NCBI GenBank assembly: GCA_963842945.1
Contig: CAWJIM010000006.1
Span: 64,001-128,000 of the forward strand
DNA: 64,000 nucleotides
Reading direction: 5' to 3'
Origin: an uncultured Gemmatimonadales bacterium
GTDB lineage: Bacteria; Gemmatimonadota; Gemmatimonadetes; Gemmatimonadales; GWC2-71-9
A model generated the notes under the pieces. It did no database searches, had not been told where the DNA came from, and saw nothing but the letters and a program-made list of their open reading frames with translations. This document shows positions 10,660 to 21,316 of the stretch, one piece after another. The position numbers and the translations under genes were made by a program. Each line of letters starts with the position of its first letter. Within the stretch, counting starts at the first letter, position 1.

Positions 10660-11475
10660 ATGGTACGCAAAGCGAGAGCTGACTCCAGCAGGAGCCGGCG
10701 CATCGTCGCCGGCGGGTTTACCGTCACCGAGGGCATCCACCGGCACGGGGCCGAGCTGCCCTGGCACGATCACCCGACACCAACGATCTGCTTTGTGCTC
10801 AAGGGGGCGTTCACCGAGGCATGGCGCGGAGGTTCCATCGCCTGCACCAGCTCGACCCTGAAGATTACGCCCGCGGGCGAGCGCCACTGGGATCGATTCA
10901 ATCGGGGGGACGTCCGTGGTCTTCTGATCGAAGCGGATCAGCAGCAGGTCGCCGCCATCCGCCCTCACTCGGCGGTGCTGGACGAGCGGGAGGCGTTCCA
11001 GGGTGGGCCACTGTCGACCTACGGCTGGCGGGTGTATCACGAGCTGCAGGTAATGGACGCGACCGCGCCACTGGCGATCGAGGGCTTACTGCTGGAGCTG
11101 GTGGCAGCAGCGTCGCGGCTGAAGGTCCATAGTCACCACGGCCGGAGCCTGCCGCACTGGCTGCAGGAGTCGCGGGAGCGGATCCACGCCGAGCTGGGCG
11201 GCCGGCCGAGTTTGAGCGAGCTGGCGGGCGCCGTTGGGGTACATCCGGTTACTCTGGCGCGGGGATTCCGGCAGGCGTTCGGCTGTACTGTGGGCGAGTA
11301 TATCCGCAACCTTCGGATCGAGCGAGCGACGCTGCAGCTGGCCGACACCGACCTCCCGCTGGCGGAGATTGCGCTGGGGGCGGGATTTTCCGATCAGAGC
11401 CACTTCTCCAACATGTTTCGGCAGCACACCGGGTTTTCGCCCTCGAAATTCAGAGAGATTTCCCGGTCTGCCTAG
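10660..11475 (+). CDS. AraC family transcriptional regulator
   Basis: Cupin (WHDH) plus C-terminal HTH (GFSDQSHFSNMFR). Confidence 0.9.
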   Translation: MVRKARADSSRSRRIVAGGFTVTEGIHRHGAELPWHDHPTPTICFVLKGAFTEAWRGGSIACTSSTLKITPAGERHWDRFNRGDVRGLLIEADQQQVAAIRPHSAVLDEREAFQGGPLSTYGWRVYHELQVMDATAPLAIEGLLLELVAAASRLKVHSHHGRSLPHWLQESRERIHAELGGRPSLSELAGAVGVHPVTLARGFRQAFGCTVGEYIRNLRIERATLQLADTDLPLAEIALGAGFSDQSHFSNMFRQHTGFSPSKFREISRSA

Positions 11476-11513
11476 ACCCAGATCCTTCGCTCACGTACCG
11501 CTTACCCTTCTTC

Positions 11514-12029
11514 CTAGGAGAGCGCCGCGAAGCCTGCGCCAACGACCATAGCCACTCCCAGCCCCATCTTGATCGCGACGGCGGCCGCCCGGCCGAGCAC
11601 CGCGCCCCAGCCGGCTCGAACCGAGCCTTCCGCTTGGCGGGCCTTGGTGTACTCGAACACCGCCGCGCCGATGAAGGCGCCGACGAACCCGCCGATGACC
11701 GATCCAACGACTGGAATGGGCACCCCGACCACGGCGCCGACCAATCCTCCCACCAGCGCGCCCCAACCCGCCCGGCTCGATCCGCCGTAGCGCTTGGCGA
11801 ACCGGAAGCCGATCCAAGACTCGAGCACCTCTCCGAGCAGGGCCAGGGCGACCGCCAGGATGAGGAAGCCGGTGCTCAGAGTTCGAAAGCCGGTGATCCA
11901 GCCGTAACCGATGATGCCCAGCAGAATCACCCAGAGGCCAGGCAGGCCGAATGGGATCAGCAGCAGGCCGATGACGCTGGCGGCCGCGAGAAGCAGGGCG
12001 CCGGTGGAGTCAGTGAGCTCCAGAGACAT
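11514..12029 (-). CDS. DUF456 family membrane protein
   Basis: LPGLW and KRYGGSSRAGWGALVGGLVG motifs. Confidence 0.85.
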   Translation of the reverse strand: MSLELTDSTGALLLAAASVIGLLLIPFGLPGLWVILLGIIGYGWITGFRTLSTGFLILAVALALLGEVLESWIGFRFAKRYGGSSRAGWGALVGGLVGAVVGVPIPVVGSVIGGFVGAFIGAAVFEYTKARQAEGSVRAGWGAVLGRAAAVAIKMGLGVAMVVGAGFAALS

Positions 12030-12039
12030 GACGTTCGCG

Positions 12040-12453
12040 TCAGCCTACCAGCACCGCGACCAGCTCCCGGTCGCGCGCCCGATTGTCCAGGTTGATGGCT
12101 ACGACTTGTTGCCAGGTGCCGAGCACGAGCTCGCCATTGACGACCGGCACCGAGATGCTGGCTTTAAGTAGAGCGGAGCGCACGTGGGAGAAGCCGTTGC
12201 CATCGCCCCAGCGAGCGTTGTGGGCGTAGTCGGCGTCGGTAGGTGCGAGCAGGTCAAGAGCGCGGCGGAGGTCGGTGAGGGCGCCAGACTCGTATTCGAT
12301 GGTCGTGATGGCGCCGGTCGAGCCGATGAGTTCTACGGTGAGTGTCCCGCTTTTCACCCCCGAGCCACTGACGAACTTCTCCAGCTCGGGGGTGATGTCG
12401 GCGTGGCCGAACTCGGCGGCGAGCCGAAGGGTCCAGCGGTGAGTCGCGGCCAT
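12040..12453 (-). CDS. yjbQ: YjbQ/UPF0047 family protein
   Basis: GSTGAITTIEYE, HNARWGDGNGFSH, LGTWQQV. Confidence 0.88.
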   Translation of the reverse strand: MAATHRWTLRLAAEFGHADITPELEKFVSGSGVKSGTLTVELIGSTGAITTIEYESGALTDLRRALDLLAPTDADYAHNARWGDGNGFSHVRSALLKASISVPVVNGELVLGTWQQVVAINLDNRARDRELVAVLVG

Positions 12454-12474
12454 AGACCAAGATAGCCGCAGTAT

Positions 12475-13857
12475 CTATCTCTTTCCCTCCACCGGCAGGC
12501 CACTCGGTACCCGGCCCGGCACCACGCCGGCAAGGTTGCGAGCGGACGGATCGGTCAGCGCCTTCATGAACTCGGTAACCTCATCCACCGTCTGCGGCGC
12601 GAACACCACGCCCTGGAGTAGCGGATCACGCGTGGCCAGGATGTCGGCCTTGTTGCCGAGAATTGTCCCCTGAAGCACCGGTTCCAATTGGGCGATGTTG
12701 AAGTTCATCAGCTTGATGTCCGACTCGCTATAGTGGTCCACGAACTCGCGCAGGCTGAAGAAGGCACCGTTGTGTCCGTACGGCGCCGTCAGCTCGACAT
12801 TCCGGAGCGCGGGGGTGCGGAAGGCATACTTGTCAGCGGCAATGCCGGTTTCCCGGAAGCGGCCGAAGTCGTCCCGCAGACTGGGGCCGTCACCCTTTCC
12901 CGGCCCGAACTGGGCCACGGCCACATTGTGGAACTTGTTGTCCGTCAGCGCCGACCCGTTGTGGCAGATGGAGCAGCGGGCGCTCATGAAGTTCTTGGCT
13001 CCCTGCAGCTGGACCTGGGTCATCGCCTCATCGTTCCCCCGGAGAAAGCGATCCCAGGGAGAGTTGTTGAACGACAGCCGATCGATCAGGAACCCCGCGA
13101 TGGCGTTGCTGGCGTGGGCAAACGTCATCTGCTCGAACCGCTGCCCGGGGTAGGCCTTCTCGAACATGTGGCGGTACTGCCGGTTCGCACCCAGTCGTGC
13201 CATCAAGCCGGCCCAGATCTGCTGGGGATGGTCATCACCGATTGCGGCCAGCTCGTTGCCGCCGAAGGCCCGCATCTCCTCGCGGGAGAGCACAGGGAAG
13301 AGCGGCAGGGCGGACGCGGTCCCGAACTCGAACACCTGCGTCATTGCCGGCGTCAGGTCTGCGCCCGCCGGCGTGTGGAAGTTGCCCAGCCCGTCCCGAT
13401 TCACGCGGCCGTCCCAGAAGAGTGGCTGGAGCGCGGCCAGGTTGAAGAGGGGAGGAGCGTTGCGGGGGATGAACAGGCCATCGGGGTGGAGCCGAGCCGG
13501 CCCAAGACCAGTCGCCCCCTGCCCGACCGAGAGGCTCCGCGCGTCGCCGGTGGCCATCGAGGGCAGATGGCAGGTCATGCAGGAGATGTCGCGGTTGCCG
13601 CTCAGGATCTTGTCGAACGCCAGCGCCTGGCCCAGCTCCACCAGCGCGGGACGGACCTGGGGCGGCTTGGGCAGCGCGGTGATCCCCCGTCCCGCCGTGA
13701 GTAGACGGACCTCGGCCGCCAGAGCGTGCACTCCGGCTCGAGAAGCGTCGGCCGAAAGAACTTTGCCCGGAGCGGTGGAATCGTCCTCGCTGCAACCGAA
13801 CAGCGCGACCACCGCCGCGGATACGGCTAGTCTGCCGACCCACGCCCCGCCTGCCAT
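12475..13857 (-). CDS. Di-heme cytochrome c peroxidase/MauG superfamily lipoprotein
   Basis: Lipobox LFGC; CMTCH and CSICH; RNAP, LFWDGR, FRTPALRNVELTAPYGHNG. Confidence 0.88.
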   Translation of the reverse strand: MAGGAWVGRLAVSAAVVALFGCSEDDSTAPGKVLSADASRAGVHALAAEVRLLTAGRGITALPKPPQVRPALVELGQALAFDKILSGNRDISCMTCHLPSMATGDARSLSVGQGATGLGPARLHPDGLFIPRNAPPLFNLAALQPLFWDGRVNRDGLGNFHTPAGADLTPAMTQVFEFGTASALPLFPVLSREEMRAFGGNELAAIGDDHPQQIWAGLMARLGANRQYRHMFEKAYPGQRFEQMTFAHASNAIAGFLIDRLSFNNSPWDRFLRGNDEAMTQVQLQGAKNFMSARCSICHNGSALTDNKFHNVAVAQFGPGKGDGPSLRDDFGRFRETGIAADKYAFRTPALRNVELTAPYGHNGAFFSLREFVDHYSESDIKLMNFNIAQLEPVLQGTILGNKADILATRDPLLQGVVFAPQTVDEVTEFMKALTDPSARNLAGVVPGRVPSGLPVEGKR

Positions 13858-14015
13858 ACCTGCCTCCGAGCCTTCGCTTGACTGATGAGGGGTGAACTAC
13901 TGGAGATCCTCTATTTCTAAATCGTAATCGGGACCACAAACCCGACACGGGCGGTCACACTCTTCCCTAGTCGTCGGGAAGCCGTCCCTATCCCTTCCGG
14001 AAGGGTCACCAGGAG

Positions 14016-14044
14016 AGTATGCAGAACGGATCAGTGGCGTGCAA
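14016..14044 (-). promoter_or_regulatory. Putative sigma70 promoter for the peroxidase gene
   Basis: TTGCAC-N17-CATACT on the minus strand. Confidence 0.45.
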
Positions 14045-14067
14045 GTAAGCGTCGCTCGGGATGAGAC

Positions 14068-16824
14068 TTACGGCCTGCTTTGGCCGGTGCCGGACCGGGC
14101 ATTCAGCCGGTCGAGTGTCTCGCCCAGCCGCCGCATCTCCTCTCCGTATTTCGCCCAGTCCAGATCCCGTTGGGCTTGGATGGCCGCTTGGTAGTGCTGC
14201 TTCGCTTCGCGAAGCAGAGTCGGGAGCTGGGAGTCGGGAGTCGGGGGCTCGATTGGCCCGAGAGTATCTGGGGTAACTCTCCCGACTCCTGACTCCCGAC
14301 TCCTGACTCCTCCCCCGAACATCTCCGCCAGCCCTTCATCCAGCGTCTCCCGCATTACCACCCGGTTCTGATACGCCACCACCACCCGCTTGAGCTCGGG
14401 AATCCGGCCCCCCTCGGCTCTCAGGTAAATCGGCTGGACGTACATCAACGCTTCCTCGATCGGAATCACCAGCAGGTCGCCCCGAATCACCTGTGAGCCC
14501 CGCTGGTCCCAGAGCGTGAGCTGCTGGGAAACCTCGGTGTTCTGGTTGATCCGGTTCACGATCTGCTGGGGCCCGAAGGCGAGACTCTGCCGGGAGAGCC
14601 GGTACACTCGGAGCTTGCCGTACTCAGCTCCATCGTTCCGGGCCGCCATCCAGGCCGCCAGGTTGTCCTTCCCCCTGGGGGTGAAGGGAACCATGTAGAT
14701 GTACTCCGCGCTCTTCTCCTCCGGCAGCCGCATCACGATATGCCGCATGAAGGGGACTTTGCCTTCGGCCTCGGTGGCCTCGGGGATTTGCCACTGGTCC
14801 TCCCGGTGATAGAAGTCCACCGGGTCGTCCATGTGATACGTGGTGTAAAGCCCGGCTTGAACCCGGTAGATCTGGTCGGGGTAGCGGATATGCGCCCGGA
14901 TATCGGCGGGCATCCTCTCGAGCGGAGCGAAGATGCCGGGGAAGACCCGGGACCAGGTCTGGATGATGGGATCGCCCGGCGCGCTCACGTAGGCCACCAT
15001 CGTGCCGTCGTAAGCATCGAGCACCAGCTTGACGCTGTTTCGCATGTAGCTGGTGCCGTTCCGCAGCCGCTCGGCGTAGGGATAGCGGGTGGTGCTGGTG
15101 TAGCCGTCCAGGATCCACTTGAGGGTGCCGTCGTTGGCCACCACCAGATAGGGATCACGGTCGAAGCTCATGAAGGGGAGCGCCTTCCTGGCCCGCTGAA
15201 CGATGTCCCGATTGTAGAGCACCCGGCTGGAATCGGTGATGTCGCCGGAGAAGAGGATCTTGGAGGAGCCGAACTGGGCCGCGAACACCGCCCGGCGGAG
15301 GAGGCTCCCGATCGGCACTCCGCCCTTACCGGTGTATGAAGCGTAGACGTTCTTTTCGCCCGAGGGATGATCGAACTCACGCTGCCGGGTATGCACGAAG
15401 ACGAAGTCGCCGGCCAATTCGCCGTAATAGAGCTGCGGCCGGCTGACCTTGAGCGACCCGGTAGAGACCGGCGGCAGGTCCTTGATGAACAGAACCGGCA
15501 ATCCTTCGATGGTCACCTGATTGACCGGACTCAGGGTGAGCCCCATGCCGTGAGTAAAGGTGAGATGCTCGTTGATGAAAGTCCGGGTCGGCAGCGATCG
15601 GGCATTCAGCTCCCGGGGCGACAGCAGGACCTGGCGGTACTTCCCATCGATCCAGTAGCGGTCGTCGTCCACCGAGACGAAGTCGTAGTAGGTGCGAATC
15701 TCCTGCAGCTGGCCGAAGGTCTGCAGCAGGGGATCGCGATCCCAGAGCCGCACATTGTCGATGGTCGGCGCGTTCGCCCGAATATCCGCCATGGTGAGGT
15801 TGGTCTCACCGGTGAGCTCGCGGGTCTCGACGCTATCCAGTCCCCAGGCCTGTCGGGTCGCCAAAATGTGGGAACGGAGATAGGGAGTCTCTCTGGTCAG
15901 CTCGGTGGGAGACACCAGAAACTTCTGGACGAAGCCCGGTACCAGGCCGCGCCCGACGATCGCCGTCACCAGGTAGGCGGCGATCGCAAGTACGGCATAG
16001 CGACCCAGCTCTCGCCGTGCGGCGCCGACGATGACGGCTGCAGCAGCCAAAACGGACACGCCGGAGAGGATTCTGAGAGCAGGTAGCGTGGCGTGGAGGT
16101 CGGTGTAACTGGCGCCTACCAGAGGGCCGGTAGTGGAGTAGAGCAGGTTCGAGGTGTCCACCAGCCAGAGTCTGAGAGCCAGCAACAGAAACACGGCGGC
16201 CAGCAGAGCCGCGATGTGGGTTCCGGCCGACGGCTCGATCCGGAGGCGGGGCGTTCTCCGGGCGCCCGGGCCGATCACGATGTCGCCCCGAACCACATAG
16301 ACCGGAACGATCACCACCAGGGAGATCAGCGCGAGGGTCGACAGGAATCCGAGAGCAGCCGAGAGCGCGGGAAGGGTGAAGACGTAGAAGCCCACGTCCC
16401 GGGAGAAGACCGGATCGCGAATGCCGAAGGGTGTGCGGTAGATGAAGCGGAGCACCAGGTCCCAGGCCGGGGTCGCCCCGAATCCGGCGATCAGTGCAAC
16501 CGCGAGCGAAACCGGCAGGCTGACACGGCGAAGCGGTCCGGTGAGATCGACCCGCGGCTGATTCTGGGCAAAGCGGAGCACCACCGGATATGGCACCAGG
16601 CCCCGTTGGGCGAGCCGCAGGTTGCCGTAGAGTACGCCGAAGGTGATGCCGCCGACGCCAAGGAAGAGCACCAGACTGGTAAGGAGCGGCCGGGAGAAGA
16701 CGGCCTGGTAGCCGATTTCCTGGAACCACCACCAGTCGGTGAGAAGGCCGATAAGCGCCGGAAAGAGGATCGCCGCCAGAAAGGCGACGATGGCGATAGC
16801 CAGGATCAGCCGGCGTTGGGACAT
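14068..16824 (-). CDS. UPF0182 family membrane protein
   Basis: 918 aa; TDWWWF, DPVFSRDVGFYVFTLP, NVRLWD, QEIRTYY, DPYL, YMRNSVK, YVQPIYL. Confidence 0.92.
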   Translation of the reverse strand: MSQRRLILAIAIVAFLAAILFPALIGLLTDWWWFQEIGYQAVFSRPLLTSLVLFLGVGGITFGVLYGNLRLAQRGLVPYPVVLRFAQNQPRVDLTGPLRRVSLPVSLAVALIAGFGATPAWDLVLRFIYRTPFGIRDPVFSRDVGFYVFTLPALSAALGFLSTLALISLVVIVPVYVVRGDIVIGPGARRTPRLRIEPSAGTHIAALLAAVFLLLALRLWLVDTSNLLYSTTGPLVGASYTDLHATLPALRILSGVSVLAAAAVIVGAARRELGRYAVLAIAAYLVTAIVGRGLVPGFVQKFLVSPTELTRETPYLRSHILATRQAWGLDSVETRELTGETNLTMADIRANAPTIDNVRLWDRDPLLQTFGQLQEIRTYYDFVSVDDDRYWIDGKYRQVLLSPRELNARSLPTRTFINEHLTFTHGMGLTLSPVNQVTIEGLPVLFIKDLPPVSTGSLKVSRPQLYYGELAGDFVFVHTRQREFDHPSGEKNVYASYTGKGGVPIGSLLRRAVFAAQFGSSKILFSGDITDSSRVLYNRDIVQRARKALPFMSFDRDPYLVVANDGTLKWILDGYTSTTRYPYAERLRNGTSYMRNSVKLVLDAYDGTMVAYVSAPGDPIIQTWSRVFPGIFAPLERMPADIRAHIRYPDQIYRVQAGLYTTYHMDDPVDFYHREDQWQIPEATEAEGKVPFMRHIVMRLPEEKSAEYIYMVPFTPRGKDNLAAWMAARNDGAEYGKLRVYRLSRQSLAFGPQQIVNRINQNTEVSQQLTLWDQRGSQVIRGDLLVIPIEEALMYVQPIYLRAEGGRIPELKRVVVAYQNRVVMRETLDEGLAEMFGGGVRSRESGVGRVTPDTLGPIEPPTPDSQLPTLLREAKQHYQAAIQAQRDLDWAKYGEEMRRLGETLDRLNARSGTGQSRP
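14217..14310. repeat. Inverted pair of tandem heptamer tracts (GAGTCGG)n / (CCYGACT)n
   Basis: Tracts at 14217-14246 and 14281-14310, inside the UPF0182 3' end. Confidence 0.8.
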
Positions 16825-16879
16825 GGAGCCAACTTACACTTTGCTGGGCCAGTCGCTACGCTGGACTGGACCGGGTGAG

Positions 16880-17072
16880 CTAACCCTTCATCGCAGCGAA
16901 GGGGCTACGCCTAGGCTCCAGCCGATCATAGTACCGGGCGGGATTCGACTCGAAGTCCCGTCGGCACTGGTCGGAGCAGAAATACACTGGCCTGCGATTC
17001 GTATGTGGTGCTGCCCGCGGCGTCACTCACCTCGATCCACATACCGCAGACCGGATCTTTCACGTTACTCAC
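16880..17072 (-). CDS. YHS-domain protein (one extra base; not in ORF track)
   Basis: AGGAG RBS, then MSNVKDPVCGMWIEVSDAAGSTTYESQ / PVYFCSDQCRRDFESNPARY...; shift near 16990. Confidence 0.8.
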
Positions 17073-17127
17073 ACTGCACTCCTGGCTAGACACTGAGTTC
17101 AGTGTTGCGGGCCAGGCACGAGGGCTC

Positions 17128-17143
17128 TGTGATGTGAATCACA
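17128..17143. promoter_or_regulatory. CRP-type binding site TGTGA-N6-TCACA
   Basis: Perfect TGTGAtgtgaaTCACA, centred about 63 bp upstream of the YHS start codon. Confidence 0.65.
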
Positions 17144-17186
17144 AACAAAACGGCCCGCACTTCCGGGTGGAAATGCGGACCGTTTT
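17141..17186 (-). terminator. Intrinsic terminator
   Basis: Long stem with two G-U pairs on the minus strand, ending in UUUUGUUUG. Confidence 0.8.
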
Positions 17187-17510
17187 CACACTGGCTATCC
17201 GGAGTCGGAGGATTTGCTCCTCCGTTTTTCTTCCCTTGGCCACCGCCTAAACTGAAGCGTTTGCGGTCTGGCCTCAGGAGCTCCGGTTTTTATTCCCGAA
17301 TGATTTGCGCGACCACTCGGTTCACCAGCGTGTGCGCTGCAAGTCGGCTGAATCGCGGATCAACCTCTTGCTCGGCACGCTGCCGCGCTACTGCAGCGTG
17401 GATGAGACGCGCGATTGGTCTCAACAATCCAACACGAAAATGATCTTTTTTCGAATTGGCGAAGACAACATAGGAAGACTGTTTCCATCGCGCAAGAGGG
17501 TGGCAGTTAT
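17147..17510 (-). ncRNA. Candidate large structured ncRNA of unknown family
   Basis: About nine nested stems, minus-strand G-U wobbles, TTGACA at 17536-17541, terminator at the 3' end, no convincing ORF. Confidence 0.55.
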
Positions 17511-17586
17511 CCACTTACGTGAACATTTCTAACATTGTCAACAGCTGCGTGGGAGGGCGAAACCATTGGCCGGTTCACTGGGTTAG

Positions 17587-18631
<1,045 letters not shown>

Positions 18632-18632
18632 C

Positions 18633-19679
18633 ATGGTTCCCTTCTCTGTCCTGGATTTGGCTCCGATCACGGAGGGCAGCGATGCCGCGGAGGCGCTGCG
18701 GCGGTCGCTGGATCTGGCGCAGCACGCGGAGATCTGGGGATACCGCCGATTCTGGTTGGCCGAGCATCATGGCATGCCGGGAATCGCGAGCGCGGCCACG
18801 TCGGTGGTGATCGCGCACATCGCCGGGGGCACCTCGACCATTCGAGTTGGTGCCGGCGGAATCATGCTGCCGAATCATTCGCCACTGGTGATCGCCGAGC
18901 AGTTCGGAACCCTGGCCTCGCTCTTTCCCGGTCGAATCGATCTCGGGCTGGGCCGCGCTCCCGGCACCGACCAGCTCACGGTGCGGGCGCTGCGCCGGCA
19001 TCCATCCGCCGCCGACAGCTTCCCCCACGATGTTGCTGAGCTGATGCACTACTTCCAGCCGGTGCAGCCGGGGCAGAAGGTTCAGGCGGTTCCGGGCGCC
19101 GGCCTCGAGGTTCCGATCTGGATACTGGGCTCGAGTCTCTACGGCGCGCAGCTCGCCGCGGCGTTAGGTCTTCCCTTTGCCTTTGCTTCCCATTTTGCCC
19201 CCGCGCTGCTGGATCAGGCGCTGGATCTCTACCGCTCCGGCTTTCGTTCATCCGAGCAGCTGGAGCGTCCTTACGTCATGCTCGGCGTCAACGTCTTCGC
19301 CGCGGACCAGGAAGAAGAAGCTCAAACGCTCTTTACCTCGCTGCAGCAGGCGTTCATCAACCTTCGCCTGGGGCGCCCCGGCAAGCTGCCGCCTGCCCAG
19401 AAGGGTTACGCCGACCGCCTCGGCGCGCTGGAGCGTTCGATTCTGGAGCAGACCCTGAGCTCCGCCGTCGTGGGTACCGAAGAGATCGTCGCAAGAGGGC
19501 TGGAAGCATTCGCCGAGCGGACCGGAGCGGATGAGCTGATGCTTACGTCGCAGATCTTCGATCACCGGGCACGGCTGCGGTCGTTCGAGATCGTAGCGAG
19601 GGCGATAGAGAAGACCGGAGGGATAGAAAAAAGGGGCGCCCCGGAGGACGCCCCTTCTTTCTCAATTCGAGACCTCTAG
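18633..19679 (+). CDS. LLM class flavin-dependent oxidoreductase (luciferase-like)
   Basis: [37 protein letters not shown]. Confidence 0.92.
   Translation: MVPFSVLDLAPITEGSDAAEALRRSLDLAQHAEIWGYRRFWLAEHHGMPGIASAATSVVIAHIAGGTSTIRVGAGGIMLPNHSPLVIAEQFGTLASLFPGRIDLGLGRAPGTDQLTVRALRRHPSAADSFPHDVAELMHYFQPVQPGQKVQAVPGAGLEVPIWILGSSLYGAQLAAALGLPFAFASHFAPALLDQALDLYRSGFRSSEQLERPYVMLGVNVFAADQEEEAQTLFTSLQQAFINLRLGRPGKLPPAQKGYADRLGALERSILEQTLSSAVVGTEEIVARGLEAFAERTGADELMLTSQIFDHRARLRSFEIVARAIEKTGGIEKRGAPEDAPSFSIRDL
19627..19660 (-). terminator. Intrinsic terminator, probably bidirectional
   Basis: AAGGGGCG...CGCCCCTT stem with A/T tracts on both sides, between convergent genes. Confidence 0.7.
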
Positions 19680-19682
19680 TCG

Positions 19683-21316
19683 TTACTTATCCTTGTTCTT
19701 GTCCTTGTCCTTGTTCTTGTCAACGTCGGTCCGGTTCTTCAGCGCCTGCTCCGGATCCACGCCGAGCTGCCGGCCAAGCTGCTTGGCCTCGTTGAAGTTC
19801 TGCTCCAATGTGGGCAGGCCGGCGTTGACCAGCTGCCGCACCTGGGCCGACTGGCTCGCGCGACCTTCCTTCTGCCAGTAGCTCGTCTCATCGGAGTACT
19901 GCTGGATCATGGTAACCATGTAGGCCTGATCGAAGTTCTTGTCGCCTACCTTCTTCAGGTTGGTGACCTTCTCCTTATGCATCGGGCCAAGGCCTTTGCT
20001 CAAGGTCATGCCGTTCTTCGAGGCCATGGCGCTCCACTGGTTCTGCAGCCGGTTGTGATCGGTGATGGCCTGCTCGGCGAACTGACGCACCTGCGGGTTT
20101 TTGGATCTCTCCCGCGCCAGCTGAGCCAGCTCGATCTGCATCTGGTTGTCTGCGCTCACGTCACGAATGAATTCGGCATCGGCTTTGATGTCGCCGTGGC
20201 GCGCCACCGCCGTTCCCACCGGCATTGTTCCCGGTGCTATCGGCGCCGACCTGACTACCGACCTGCACCGCCAGGCTCAGATGCTGCTGCATCACCGGGA
20301 GGCTGTTGGCCGCCAGGGTGCGTACTTGGAGCGGAATTGGCCGACTGGCTCTGGGTCTGGAAGTGGCTCACGTCCCGCTGATGGGCGCGGATCATGAGGC
20401 TCATGTAGTTGCGGTCGAATTCGGCACCCGAGAGGCCCTGGAGCTGGTTGATCTGATTCTGGTGGCGCGAATCCATCGTAGGCGTGAAGCTCTGTCCGCT
20501 GGTGGACGCCACGCTCGTGAGCTGATTCTGCAGGTTGTTGTGATCGGCAACCATCCGCTGGGCAAACTGCTTGACTGCCGGGTTGGAGGCCTTGCTCTGG
20601 GCCATCTGTCCCAGACTGATCTCCATGAGATTGGCGCTCGGCGCTTCACGCACGAACGGCATATCCGCGCTGATATCACCCGGTGTGGTCACCTGCCCCG
20701 GCTGCGTGCTCACCGGCGGGTTCTGCGTGGTCGGAGAGGTAGTGGGATTCCGGTATGGCTGGGTGGCGACGGCCACTCCACCGTTGGCGCCCACCTGTCC
20801 ACCTACCTGGGTGGCTGTGCTCAGGTGCTGCTGCAGCACCGGCAGGGCCGCGGCAATCATCTGCCGAGCCTCGGAAGACTTGGCTGTCTGACCCTGACTC
20901 TGGAGCGTCGAGATGTCCTGCTGATGGTGCTGAATCATCGAGGTCATGTACTGCTGGTCAAACTGCGCCCCGGAGAGCTTCTCCAGCCGGGAGACTTCGG
21001 CTTCGTTGTCCTTGCTCATCGCAGGCTGGAAGTTGGCGTTGTTCTTGGAGACCAGGCCGGTGAGCTGGTTTTCCAGATTAGTGTGATCGGTCACCATCTG
21101 CTGGCCGAACTGCTTGACGGCGGCATTACTGGCCTTCTGCTGCGCCATCTGTCCCAGCCTCACTTCCATGATGTTGCTGCTGGCCATCTGGAAGATGAGT
21201 TTGCTGTCCTGGCTCAACTGGCTTATCTGCCCCTGCGCATGGATCGGGGCGAGAGGCACGGCGGCAAGGGCGATCACCAGCCCGCTGGCCGCGGCCATGA
21301 TTCTCGGTCCTGACAT
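19683..21316 (-). CDS. Secreted protein with three DUF4142 domains (frameshift near 20330)
   Basis: Signal peptide, then three repeats of ME/Q-LGQ/AQ-A...V(K/R)QF...DH...FD..YM..MI. Confidence 0.8.

Noticed and set aside
14217..14310. CRISPR-like array
   Set aside because: 7-bp tandem units with no unique spacers and no cas genes in the window.
17290..17514. 74-aa minus-strand ORF as a protein gene
   Set aside because: No RBS, the GTG falls in the predicted -10 region, no recognisable motif, and the region is better explained by RNA structure.
17507..17515. DnaA-box-like TTATCCACT suggesting oriC
   Set aside because: A single imperfect box, with no box cluster and no dnaA/dnaN context.
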